Origin: an uncultured Candidatus Saccharibacteria bacterium
GTDB lineage: Bacteria; Patescibacteriota; Minisyncoccia; Ryanbacterales; HO2-45-13
DNA: 62,807 nucleotides
Direction: 5' to 3'
Assembly: GCA_964354975.1 (NCBI GenBank)
Contig: CAYHBS010000005.1
Location: 1 to 62,807, forward strand
In this document: one piece after another, positions 34,999 through 43,180 of the stretch
How positions within the stretch are numbered: the first letter of the stretch is position 1
Layout of the letters: every line of letters starts with the position of its first letter
Made by a program: the position numbers and the translations under genes
Notes under the pieces: generated by a model
The model's database searches: none
What the model was told of the DNA's origin: nothing
What the model saw: only the letters and a program-made list of their open reading frames with translations

Positions 34999-36687
34999 CT
35001 ATTCCCGAATGACGCGCAATACTTCATCAAGCGTGGTAAGACCAGACATGACTTTTTCGACTCCATCATCGAGCATGGTGCGCATGCCGCCCGAGCGCGC
35101 AAGACGCGCAAGTTCTCCGGCAGATACGCGTTTCATAATTCCCTCTTTAATCGGCTCCGTCAGCTCCATCATTTCGAAAATACCGATACGTCCATTATAC
35201 CCCGACTTGTGGCAAACCGCGCAGCCCTTTCCGCGAAATACCGTGAGCCCCTTCAGTGTGTCTTTCCCAAGTAAATGGAATGACTCGGTGAGCCGAGGAT
35301 CATCAATAATACTCGCCTCCTCTGCGTCAGTGAGTTCATGCGACTCTCTGCAATGCTCGCAAATTTTGCGCACTAAACGTTGTGCAATCACCATGCGCAC
35401 CGTGGACGCAACCAAAAATGGTTCAACTCCCATCTCTAAAAATCGCGGCAGTGTGGTTGCGGCATCATTTGCGTGCACCGTGGAAAGTACCAGGTGTCCC
35501 GTCATGGCAGAATTCACTGCAATACGTGCGGTATCTTCATCTCGAATTTCTCCCACAAGAATGATGTCTGGATCTTGGCGTACAATGGCACGAAGTCCTT
35601 CCGCAAACGTCAGATTCGTTTTTGAATTCACCTGGATTTGTGATATCCCCTCTACATCGTACTCAACCGGATCTTCGATACTCGCGATATGCACGTCCGG
35701 CTTATTGAGAATTTTAAGCATCGCATACACCGTGGTCGTCTTTCCACTTCCGGTGGGTCCCGTGACAAGGAGCATTCCGTGCGGATGCATCATTCCATTT
35801 TGTAATTGTTCCATGTGTGCTTCGGAAAATCCGAGGTCGCGCACACTGAACCTACGACTACGCGATGACAGGAGTCGCATCACTACATTTTCTCCGTGTG
35901 TCACTGGTACGATGGAAACACGCACATCAATGTTTTCTCCGGCGACGGGAAACTGGAATTTTCCGTCCTGTGACGCGCGGTGCTCATCAGTGCGCATGCG
36001 AGAGAGCACTTTAATGCGCGTCACAACAGGATCCATAAATTCCTTCGGCATTTGGAGTACCGCGTGCATCACGCCATCAACGCGAAATCGCACAACAATT
36101 CGATCCTCCATGGGCTCCACATGCACGTCGGACGCGCGGTTACGATATCCGTGTTCCACGAGCACATTCACGAGTGCCACCGTCGCCTTGTCGCGATCCT
36201 CCGGCGAAAGATCTGTGCTGTCAAATTGAGTCTTCAAATGTGCGTATGCGGCATCAATTCCTTCTTCAAATTGCGTCAGTGCGTCCACAAACGCTCGACG
36301 CGTCATTGCAAATATTTGTACCTTTTGTCCCAGTTTTTTTTCGACAAGACGAACAGTATCCTTATCCGAAGGATCAATCATTCCCACCTTCAGTCCATGA
36401 GCGTCCAGCGCAAATCCGAGTATCCCTTTTGCGCGACTCATGACTTCAGGAATAGATTCATACGCTCTGCGGTCCACCGCTTGCTGATGTAAATTAACAA
36501 ACGGCACTTCGTAAAAGTTGGCAACCAGTTGCCCAAGTTGTTCATCAGAAATGAGATCGCGATCAACGAGAATTTCATCAAGTGCTCTCCCCGTTGCTTT
36601 CGCGTCCCCCGTGGCTGCAGAAAAATCGTCCAAGCTCACAAAGCCGGGATCAACCAAAATCAAGCGATATTGCTGTGGTGTTAACAT
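34999..36687 (-). CDS. pilB: type IV pilus assembly ATPase (GspE/PilB family)
   Basis: N-terminal GSPII_E_N-like domain, Walker A GPTGSGKTTT, Asp/His boxes, tetracysteine CEHC..CAVC. Confidence 0.93.
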   Translation of the reverse strand: MLTPQQYRLILVDPGFVSLDDFSAATGDAKATGRALDEILVDRDLISDEQLGQLVANFYEVPFVNLHQQAVDRRAYESIPEVMSRAKGILGFALDAHGLKVGMIDPSDKDTVRLVEKKLGQKVQIFAMTRRAFVDALTQFEEGIDAAYAHLKTQFDSTDLSPEDRDKATVALVNVLVEHGYRNRASDVHVEPMEDRIVVRFRVDGVMHAVLQMPKEFMDPVVTRIKVLSRMRTDEHRASQDGKFQFPVAGENIDVRVSIVPVTHGENVVMRLLSSRSRRFSVRDLGFSEAHMEQLQNGMMHPHGMLLVTGPTGSGKTTTVYAMLKILNKPDVHIASIEDPVEYDVEGISQIQVNSKTNLTFAEGLRAIVRQDPDIILVGEIRDEDTARIAVNSAMTGHLVLSTVHANDAATTLPRFLEMGVEPFLVASTVRMVIAQRLVRKICEHCRESHELTDAEEASIIDDPRLTESFHLLGKDTLKGLTVFRGKGCAVCHKSGYNGRIGIFEMMELTEPIKEGIMKRVSAGELARLARSGGMRTMLDDGVEKVMSGLTTLDEVLRVIRE

Positions 36688-36703
36688 GCTCGCTACTGCA
36701 TGT

Positions 36704-36712
36704 AGTATATCA
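36704..36712 (-). promoter_or_regulatory. candidate extended -10 (TGATATACT) for pilB
   Basis: Minus strand TGATATACT lies 16 nt before the pilB ATG and just after the RRM-gene terminator. No SD. Confidence 0.25.
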
Positions 36713-36736
36713 TGCCGAATTTATGAATAAACAAAA

Positions 36737-36759
36737 CACCCCCCGCTACGCGGGGGGTG
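36737..36759 (-). terminator. intrinsic terminator after the RRM gene (bidirectional shape)
   Basis: CACCCCCCGC-TAC-GCGGGGGGTG with A/T runs on both sides. Confidence 0.8.
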
Positions 36760-36775
36760 TTTTTTGTACTGCTAC

Positions 36776-37030
36776 TTATTTCTGCATTGGGCGAGCGAGA
36801 TCGACGGTCAACTTGCGACCCTCAAACTCCTTGCCGTGCCAGAGGTCAATTGCAGCACGAGCTTCGTCTTCGGTACTCATCTCAACGAATCCAAAACCTT
36901 TGGATCTACCGCTCATGCGGTCCTTGATGATGACAGCGGACTGAACCGTTCCTGCAGAAGCAAAAGCTTGTGCGAGAGCGTCTTCAGAGGTGCTGTACGG
37001 AATTCCTCCGACGTATAGTTTGCTATTCAT
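36776..37030 (-). CDS. RRM-type RNA-binding protein (84 aa)
   Basis: From ATG 37030: MNSKLYVGGIPYSTSE.. (RNP2 LYVGGI) and RNP1 KGFGFVEM. Confidence 0.9.
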   Translation of the reverse strand: MNSKLYVGGIPYSTSEDALAQAFASAGTVQSAVIIKDRMSGRSKGFGFVEMSTEDEARAAIDLWHGKEFEGRKLTVDLARPMQK

Positions 37031-37124
37031 GTGACTACTATACACTAATTCGCAAAGGCGACCTGAACTCTCGACCGCCCCTACATTCGTAGTGCACATC
37101 GAGACCCTTACGTTTACGAGAGGT

Positions 37125-37152
37125 ATTATACATACTCCCCGGGAAAATGCAA
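37125..37152 (-). promoter_or_regulatory. sigma70-type promoter of the RRM gene
   Basis: Minus strand reads TTGCAT-16 nt-TATAAT, which predicts a 5' UTR of about 88 nt. Confidence 0.4.
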
Positions 37153-37183
37153 GGGGTCACTTGGGGAGACTTGTGTAGTGGCA

Positions 37184-37189
37184 TATACT
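37184..37189 (+). promoter_or_regulatory. -10 box TATACT placed 6 nt before ATG (leaderless layout)
   Basis: TTGGGG-17 nt-TATACT-agggat-ATG(37196). Confidence 0.4.
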
Positions 37190-37195
37190 AGGGAT

Positions 37196-37495
37196 ATGAA
37201 TCTCGACACCGTGCTGAAAGCCGATATCTTTTTTATGATCGCGGCAGTTTCATTCGTCATACTCACAGGTGCGATGGTATTTCTCACTATTCGCTTGATG
37301 CGCATTTTGGCGCTTGCCGAGGACATCATGTCTCGTATTAAGCACGAAGTTGGAGTAATCTCTCACGACGTATCGTTCGTGCGAGACACGGTAAAGGAGA
37401 AAACGGCAAATATTACTTCGCTCATGGAATCGGTACTAGCAATGGTGACTCTGCAAAAAATACGAAAATCTCGAAAGAGAAAATCGTCGAAGTAA
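37196..37495 (+). CDS. small membrane protein, DUF948-like architecture
   Basis: MNLDTVLKADIFFMIAAVSFVILTGAMVFLTIRLM, then a helical tail and a basic C-terminus. Start moved from the tracked GTG 37178 to ATG 37196. Confidence 0.5.
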   Translation: MNLDTVLKADIFFMIAAVSFVILTGAMVFLTIRLMRILALAEDIMSRIKHEVGVISHDVSFVRDTVKEKTANITSLMESVLAMVTLQKIRKSRKRKSSK

Positions 37496-37508
37496 CCGAC
37501 GCTTTTTT
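37485..37508 (+). terminator. small hairpin plus T6
   Basis: CGTCG-aagtaac-CGACG followed by CTTTTTTC. Spans the stop codon. Confidence 0.45.
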
Positions 37509-37542
37509 CTCCCTACTCCCTGCTCCCTGCTCTTTTCGCCCG

Positions 37543-37821
37543 CTACGCTTCCATCGTCCCCACTAACGTAGCGCGAATATCGTCGATATATTTTTTTAAT
37601 TCCGTGCATTCCTCGTGTGTAGCGCCGTAATATATTGCCTCTTCAATGCGCTTCAATCCTTCGTCCAAGTGATCAATAGCGATATTGATGGGGTCGTGGA
37701 ATCTTGGCGTACTCGCGCTCACAACATGTCCATCCCGCATCGCAATTGCTTTCGCTTGCTCGAGGAGCTCTGCAGCGACCTGTAGGTGTCGCGCCACCAT
37801 TTCATCATCTCGCTGGCGCAT
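37543..37821 (-). CDS. hypothetical helical protein (92 aa)
   Basis: ORF track. Lies 1 nt after the ZIP transporter stop, so likely co-transcribed. No motif recognised. Confidence 0.45.
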   Translation of the reverse strand: MRQRDDEMVARHLQVAAELLEQAKAIAMRDGHVVSASTPRFHDPINIAIDHLDEGLKRIEEAIYYGATHEECTELKKYIDDIRATLVGTMEA

Positions 37822-37822
37822 A

Positions 37823-38626
37823 TTATTCCAACAGCATCAGTGCGTACATTGCCCCTACTCCTATTGCAATAGCGATCATCTGAAGTATCGATGATAGTAT
37901 GGTGGGTCGCTTATGTAGTTCCGGAACAAGATCCGAACTCGCAATATAGATGAATATCCCCGCAGAAAAAGGAACGATGTATATGAGTACTCCCTGCACC
38001 GCATCTCCCAACGCAAGCACCGTGAGCGCCCCTAGCATTGCAAACAACGCAGAGTATAAATTAAACAGGAGTGCGCGCGCACGCGAATATCCCGCATAGA
38101 GGAGTATCCCAAAATCTCCTATTTCTTGGGGTATCTCGTGAAAAATGATGGCTACGGTAGATGCAATGCCCGTGGGAATATTAATAAGAAAACTTGCCGC
38201 AATAATCACACCATCAAAATAGTTGTGCACACTATCTGCAATCAGCACCAGTCTCCCCACCGGCTTTATTGTGGCTATGGGAAGCCCTCCGGTTTCGGTA
38301 AACGCCACTTGCGCACTTGATGTATATTCTGATTCGTCATGATGATGGTGATGATGGTGCCCGAGCACTTTTTCAAGCACAAAAAATGTCATCATTCCTG
38401 CAATGACGAATAGACCGATTGTATGAATGCCCATGCCATTTTCTACGGCTTCAGGAATAAGGTGAAAAAATGCATCCCCCACGAGCGCACCAATAGCGAG
38501 TGCGACGAGTACAATAATGAGATGATGGAGTACGCTCTTGCGAATAGATATCAATGCTGCACCAATCAGAGAAATGAGACTGACAACGAGAACACTGGAA
38601 AGCGAGTAAATATAAATATCAATCAT
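37823..38626 (-). CDS. ZIP-family divalent metal transporter (ZupT/GufA-like)
   Basis: His-rich loop GHHHHHHHDESE, HNYFDGVIIAASF, HEIPQEIGDFGILL. Confidence 0.88.
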   Translation of the reverse strand: MIDIYIYSLSSVLVVSLISLIGAALISIRKSVLHHLIIVLVALAIGALVGDAFFHLIPEAVENGMGIHTIGLFVIAGMMTFFVLEKVLGHHHHHHHDESEYTSSAQVAFTETGGLPIATIKPVGRLVLIADSVHNYFDGVIIAASFLINIPTGIASTVAIIFHEIPQEIGDFGILLYAGYSRARALLFNLYSALFAMLGALTVLALGDAVQGVLIYIVPFSAGIFIYIASSDLVPELHKRPTILSSILQMIAIAIGVGAMYALMLLE

Positions 38627-38676
38627 AGAAATTCGTTAATGCACGCAGTATAGCGTACTTCGCGCATGCATAAAAA

Positions 38677-38714
38677 CACCCCGTGAGATGGCGACATGCC
38701 TATCTCACGGGGTG
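38677..38714 (-). terminator. strong intrinsic terminator after the FN3 surface protein gene
   Basis: CACCCCGTGAGAT..ATCTCACGGGGTG (13-bp stem) followed on the minus strand by TTTTTAT. Confidence 0.8.
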
Positions 38715-38737
38715 AACCCTCGTCGCTTCGATCAATA

Positions 38738-40279
38738 TTAGAGACCGAGCGTTACAAACGAAGATTCTGAACTCGTGGCGCTATTACCGCTCCCATCCTT
38801 CGATACTACAAGGAAGTAGTATGTCGTGCTCGCAGTAAGACCAGTAAGGCCGAGCGCGTGCGAGGTTATGAGACTTGCATTCGTCGATGTCAGTGCACCT
38901 GTGCCAACAGCAACAGGAGTCGTAGTTCCATACCACACGGTACTGTCCGCATTCTCATCGGTTGTCCAGAGAATGGTAGATGCCGCCGCAGTGGTGCTTG
39001 ATGCAGTAACTCCACTGATTACCGGAGCTACAGTGTCGGTCGTCGTCACTGACTGCTCCGAGCTGGTCGCGGTGTTCCCCGACCCATCCTTCGACACAAT
39101 CAGGAAGTAGTAGGTTGTTCCCGGCATGAGTCCGGAAAGATTGATTGTGTGAGAAGTACCGGTGCTCCCCTCATTTGCACTGTCCGCAGTTGCGAGTGCT
39201 ACGGGACTTGTGGTTCCGTAGAGAATTTTTCCATCAGCACTCTCATTGGTATTCCAACTGACTGATGCGCCGGTGTTCGTAATATTGCTCTTTTGAATAT
39301 TCGAGATCACTGGAGCGGTAGTGTCAGATGAAGATGACGTAGTAAACGACTGTTGAGAACTAGTTGCAGTATTTCCAGACGCGTCACGCGACACTACGAG
39401 GTAGTAGTATGTGGTGCCTTGTGTAAGTCCGGAGAGATTAATCGAGTGCGACGTGGACCTTCCGCTCTGGGTTGCGGTTGAAGTCGTCGATGCAATTGCT
39501 ACGGGGTTTAACGTTGAGTACCACACCTTTCCAGTTGCAGACTCGTTCGTCATCCATGTAATTTTTGCAGCTACTCCAGTAACATTTGTTGCCGTGAGAT
39601 TCGTAATGACCGGGGCGGTAGTGTCTGGAGTGGTAGTGGCGTTATCGTCATCATCATCGTCGTCATCGTCATCGTCGTCGTCTTTTTTGCACGAACCCGT
39701 CAGCCCGTATTTCTTTGCAATACCACACGGGAGCGTTGTGCTTCCGTTTTGGAAGAGGCCCGGAGGAAACATACCCGAATTCCCTGCGCCATTTGCAAAT
39801 CTTTCTCCGAATTTTTCAGCCATGTTTGCAAACTTCTGTGCCCAGTGCTCCTTAATTTTTTGGCGCGTCTTTGGACCCACTTCGCCGATTGCGTCGATAC
39901 CATATTTACGCTGGTAGCGTTGCACCGCACGCATCGTGAGAATTCCATAATACCCAGTGATCAACGCTTCAGGGTATACGTCGGGATCCGATGAGAGAAA
40001 CTCCTGAAGTTGCTTCACGTCGTCTCCCCTCGTGCCCATACTCAATTGGCGCGTGATACGGAGCTCCTGCTGTGTTTGCTGGAGATCTTGCGTTGTTGTC
40101 TTAACCTCGCCTTTGAGCACTGCGAGTTGGTCTTGTAATTGTTTGATCTTTTCCTGCAACTGTGAAATGAGCTGCTGGAGATCGGTCGCACTCGTGGTAC
40201 TTGTTTGGGCAAGCGCTGCCGCTGGTGTTGAGAGCAACATCGAAAACCCAAGAATACCCGCAATAATTGACTGTTTCAT
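38738..40279 (-). CDS. secreted protein: coiled coil + peptidoglycan-binding domain + poly-Asp linker + three FN3-like repeats
   Basis: From ATG 40279: signal peptide MKQSIIAGILGFSMLLSTPAAALA. PG_binding_1-like GDDVKQLQEFLSSDP..ITGYYGILTMRAVQRYQRKYGI. D13 run. Three repeats of about 97 aa (DTTAPVI.N...W.T.E.A...V.YG....GTTYY.LVVS.D.SGN). Confidence 0.8.
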   Translation of the reverse strand: MKQSIIAGILGFSMLLSTPAAALAQTSTTSATDLQQLISQLQEKIKQLQDQLAVLKGEVKTTTQDLQQTQQELRITRQLSMGTRGDDVKQLQEFLSSDPDVYPEALITGYYGILTMRAVQRYQRKYGIDAIGEVGPKTRQKIKEHWAQKFANMAEKFGERFANGAGNSGMFPPGLFQNGSTTLPCGIAKKYGLTGSCKKDDDDDDDDDDDDDNATTTPDTTAPVITNLTATNVTGVAAKITWMTNESATGKVWYSTLNPVAIASTTSTATQSGRSTSHSINLSGLTQGTTYYYLVVSRDASGNTATSSQQSFTTSSSSDTTAPVISNIQKSNITNTGASVSWNTNESADGKILYGTTSPVALATADSANEGSTGTSHTINLSGLMPGTTYYFLIVSKDGSGNTATSSEQSVTTTDTVAPVISGVTASSTTAAASTILWTTDENADSTVWYGTTTPVAVGTGALTSTNASLITSHALGLTGLTASTTYYFLVVSKDGSGNSATSSESSFVTLGL

Positions 40280-40443
40280 ATACACAAATTTAGCCGATAA
40301 TGGCGATTTCCCTAACCAATAATGACGACATGCTCCCAAAAGTATAACACAGAGTACATAAAAACACCCAAATATTTGACCAAACCGTCCATATGTGGTA
40401 GGTTCGGTATAAATTCGATCTCTCAATTCCGGGGTGAAAAAAA

Positions 40444-40818
40444 ATGGCCGAAGTAGTGAGCATAGTGTTCGTACTCTCAATAGCTATTGCGCTGAAGCTC
40501 ATGTCACAGCGAGGACAGGAAACAACAGTTTCGCTCTTTTGGAACGCGATTTGGGTTCCGGCACGCTTCTGTTGCGCAGTTGCAGTCACGTATATCCCAG
40601 CATTCGGAGTGGCGTACTGGACCTGGATCCATGTCCACTGGCTTCTCGCGCTCGTCCTTGTGTTGATCATTGGCCTCGCAACACTGCTCATGCTTACCTT
40701 GGCATATCTGACGATTGCAGAAACGGGCACAATTCTCCGCGAGGGCATACCCGAGGCACACCGTACCGCGCTTCAGTTCCAAAGTCAGATTCAAGATAAG
40801 GCGCCGTCATCTGGATGA
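40444..40818 (+). CDS. small polytopic membrane protein (124 aa)
   Basis: SD-like GGGGTGA lies 7-8 nt before ATG 40444. Three or four hydrophobic helices. A hairpin spans the stop. Confidence 0.5.
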   Translation: MAEVVSIVFVLSIAIALKLMSQRGQETTVSLFWNAIWVPARFCCAVAVTYIPAFGVAYWTWIHVHWLLALVLVLIIGLATLLMLTLAYLTIAETGTILREGIPEAHRTALQFQSQIQDKAPSSG

Positions 40819-40834
40819 TGTGGCGCCCTTTTTA
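40798..40834 (+). terminator. hairpin plus T5
   Basis: AAGGCGCC-16 nt loop-GGCGCCCTTTTTATT, between convergent genes. Confidence 0.5.
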
Positions 40835-40845
40835 TTACTATTTCA

Positions 40846-41334
40846 TCACGTGTGACATGTACCAAGCCCTCTCTTGTGCAAATATTGCTGATGATACTCT
40901 TCTGCGAGCCAGAAATGTGTATAGTCTTCTACCCGAGTCGAAATGTGCGTTGCATACTTCCCCGACGCTTGCAGTTTCTCAATATACATTTCCGCACTTT
41001 CTCGCTCGCTACGGGTACGCACAAAAATAACAGAACGATATTGCTCCCCCTCGTCCGGCCCCTGCTTGTCAATCTGGGTAGGATCATGATTCTCAAAAAA
41101 TAATTTCAGCAGATCACTAAACGTCACCACATTTGGATCGTACGTCACTTCCACTGTTTCAATATGTCCGGTACCTCCCGCACATACCTGCTCGTATGTT
41201 GGGTGGTCGACGTGTCCGCCCGCATATCCTACTCGCGTGCCGGCCACTCCTGGTCGCGTCCGAAATACCTCCTCCACACCCCAAAAACAACCGGCGCCAA
41301 AATAGGCGGCGGCTGTCGGTGTGGTACGTACCAT
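40846..41334 (-). CDS. msrA: peptide-methionine (S)-S-oxide reductase
   Basis: GAGCFWGVE active-site motif and GYAGG.. Typical length of 162 aa. Confidence 0.93.
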   Translation of the reverse strand: MVRTTPTAAAYFGAGCFWGVEEVFRTRPGVAGTRVGYAGGHVDHPTYEQVCAGGTGHIETVEVTYDPNVVTFSDLLKLFFENHDPTQIDKQGPDEGEQYRSVIFVRTRSERESAEMYIEKLQASGKYATHISTRVEDYTHFWLAEEYHQQYLHKRGLGTCHT

Positions 41335-41335
41335 A

Positions 41336-41512
41336 TTATTTCTTCGTATTGAAATACTCGGGAGACATCACGAGAATTTTTGCCTCAAGACGCTTCTTCT
41401 CTTCAACACTCTTTGTCTTTGAAATACGTGACTTCAGCACTGCAATTTTCTTTCGACGTTGTCTCTTCAACGTAATCGCGCTTGCTCTTTTGCTACGGTT
41501 TACTTTACTCAT
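41336..41512 (-). CDS. unannotated small basic protein (58 aa)
   Basis: Own translation: MSKVNRSKRASAITLKRQRRKKIAVLKSRISKTKSVEEKKRLEAKILVMSPEYFNTKK. Below the 60-aa track cutoff. Exactly fills the 177-nt gap between tspO (1 nt away) and msrA (1 nt away). Confidence 0.4.
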   Translation of the reverse strand: MSKVNRSKRASAITLKRQRRKKIAVLKSRISKTKSVEEKKRLEAKILVMSPEYFNTKK

Positions 41513-41513
41513 A

Positions 41514-41984
41514 TTAATTTAGTATGAGGATACGATAGTTGAGAATGCCTGCAATAGCAACCCATACTACATATGGAACCATGAGAAACGCAACGGCGCC
41601 TACTTGTTGCCAGCCAAAATATAGAATCGCAATATTGGTGAGTTCAAGCATGATAAGCACAAAGATCGCGAACCCGGGACTCTGCATACCAAAAAAAATG
41701 TAGCTCCAACTTACATTCAGCGCCGCATTGAAAAGTAGTAGCCCCACGATGAGACACGCCACGCATCCCGCACCTCCGCGCGGCAGTGTATTCCATATGT
41801 AGAGCGCAAATATAGTGGTCAGCGCATAAATGATTATCCATATGACGCTAATAAAAGCACCATTTGGCGTCCACATAGGTTTGATGAGCGTGCCGTACCA
41901 CGAGAGGCCCTGCTCCGTGAATATGCCCCCGAGTAGCGCGATAGCTGCCGTAATAAGCGGCGTGATAATATAACTCCACTTCAT
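41514..41984 (-). CDS. tspO: TspO/MBR tryptophan-rich sensory protein
   Basis: Five TM helices. W-rich signature (WYGTLIKPMWTPNGAFISVIWIIIY, NVSWSYIFFG). Confidence 0.85.
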   Translation of the reverse strand: MKWSYIITPLITAAIALLGGIFTEQGLSWYGTLIKPMWTPNGAFISVIWIIIYALTTIFALYIWNTLPRGGAGCVACLIVGLLLFNAALNVSWSYIFFGMQSPGFAIFVLIMLELTNIAILYFGWQQVGAVAFLMVPYVVWVAIAGILNYRILILN

Positions 41985-41995
41985 ATGTACATGTA

Positions 41996-43180
41996 TTATG
42001 TTAATGTAGCTTCTCCAGCAATGTGTTGCAGGCGATTATACTTTGCCACACGTTCTGCTTGGCGTGGCGCGCCGAGTTTGAATCCATCGGCGCGAAGTCC
42101 AATTGCAATATCGGCAATAGCGGTGTCCATTGTTTCTCCAGACCGATGTGATACAACGGTAAACCACCCCCAAGAACGCGCAAGTTTGACCGCTTCAATG
42201 GTTTCTGTAAGCGTGCCAATTTGATTTGGTTTGATAATAATTCCGTTAATTGCGTTTGCTTCGTGCGCCTTTCTCATGAGCTCTACATTCGTAGTAGTGA
42301 GATCATCTCCCACAATATGCACGTGGCTGCCCGCGATGCGATAGAGATCGGCAAACTGGGCGTGTTCTTGCTCGGCATATGGATCTTCAATATATGCGAG
42401 CTGAAAACGCTCAATGAGCTCCAAATACAAGCGCTTTAACTCTTCGGGCTTCATATCGATATTTGATGCGGCGGCGTCAATACCAAAACGCACATTCATC
42501 ACCTCATTTTCCTGTAAAATTGCGTCCCGCAACACAGAAAACGGTTCGTACGGGTCGATAAATTCAGCCCAAAACCCACCTTCATCTCCCACGTGTACGC
42601 CGGAACTGCCAAATTGATGGCCCAGTATTTCTTCCGTCCGCGCATAAATACGCTTCACCGCAGCGATTGCCTCGGTGAGTGATGCGTGCATCGGAATAAC
42701 TAAATGTTCCTGAATAGCCAATTTTCCTGCCGCGTGTACTCCGCCTTCAATCATATTCACAAGCAGTCTCGGAATTTCAAGTCGCAACTTTCCCATGTCT
42801 GCAATGTCTCCAATGTGTTTCCAGAGGGGTATATGTTTCTCTTCCGCCGCGGCGCGCGCAACAGCAAGTGATACCGCAAGCGTAGTATTCCCTCCGATAA
42901 TTGACTTATCCGACGTTGCATCAAGTTTCAGCAACGCCTGATCTACTTCTCGTTGCCGCTCGCTCTCAACCCCCATAAGCGTAGGAAGGACGGCTGTTGT
43001 GATGATGGTGATCGCGCTTGGAACGGAAAGTTCCACTACTTCCGTGCCGCCCTTACTCTTTCCATGTGGCACCGACGCAGTGGCGCGTACACCATTTTCA
43101 AGTACCACTTCAACCTCGAGCGTAGGATCTCCTCGTGAATCCAAAATCTGTCGTCCGGAAATGTGTGCAATCGCGCTCAT
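41996..43180 (-). CDS. eno: enolase (short, 394 aa)
   Basis: GRQILDSRGDPTLEVEV, DDLTTTN, IKPNQIGTLTET, SHRSGETMDT. The catalytic loop reads PHGKSKGGTE instead of PSGASTG. Confidence 0.9.
   Translation of the reverse strand: MSAIAHISGRQILDSRGDPTLEVEVVLENGVRATASVPHGKSKGGTEVVELSVPSAITIITTAVLPTLMGVESERQREVDQALLKLDATSDKSIIGGNTTLAVSLAVARAAAEEKHIPLWKHIGDIADMGKLRLEIPRLLVNMIEGGVHAAGKLAIQEHLVIPMHASLTEAIAAVKRIYARTEEILGHQFGSSGVHVGDEGGFWAEFIDPYEPFSVLRDAILQENEVMNVRFGIDAAASNIDMKPEELKRLYLELIERFQLAYIEDPYAEQEHAQFADLYRIAGSHVHIVGDDLTTTNVELMRKAHEANAINGIIIKPNQIGTLTETIEAVKLARSWGWFTVVSHRSGETMDTAIADIAIGLRADGFKLGAPRQAERVAKYNRLQHIAGEATLT

Noticed and set aside
34988-36229. 413-aa ORF on the plus strand, the longest unexplained ORF in the track
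   Set aside because: It is entirely antisense to pilB, whose translation is full of family motifs (Walker A, tetracysteine). The antisense product is low-complexity and rich in Ser, Arg and Thr, with no RBS. This is a typical shadow ORF.
37509-37535. CTCCCT(A/G)CTCCCTGCTCCCTGCT pyrimidine repeats between convergent genes
   Set aside because: They are short and degenerate, with no partner repeats elsewhere in the window. They lie in a 47-bp spacer after a terminator hairpin, and I cannot support any function for them.
38627-38676. Possible Zur/Fur-type operator upstream of the ZIP transporter (ATGCACGC...GCGCATGCAT around a TATACT -10)
   Set aside because: The two arms are not true reverse complements, and they do not match the Zur or Fur box consensus I know.
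39644-39682. The (GAY)13 tract as a slippage-prone phase-variation microsatellite
   Set aside because: The codons alternate irregularly between GAC and GAT, so the DNA is not a pure trinucleotide repeat. Any length change stays in frame. It is better explained as a poly-Asp linker.
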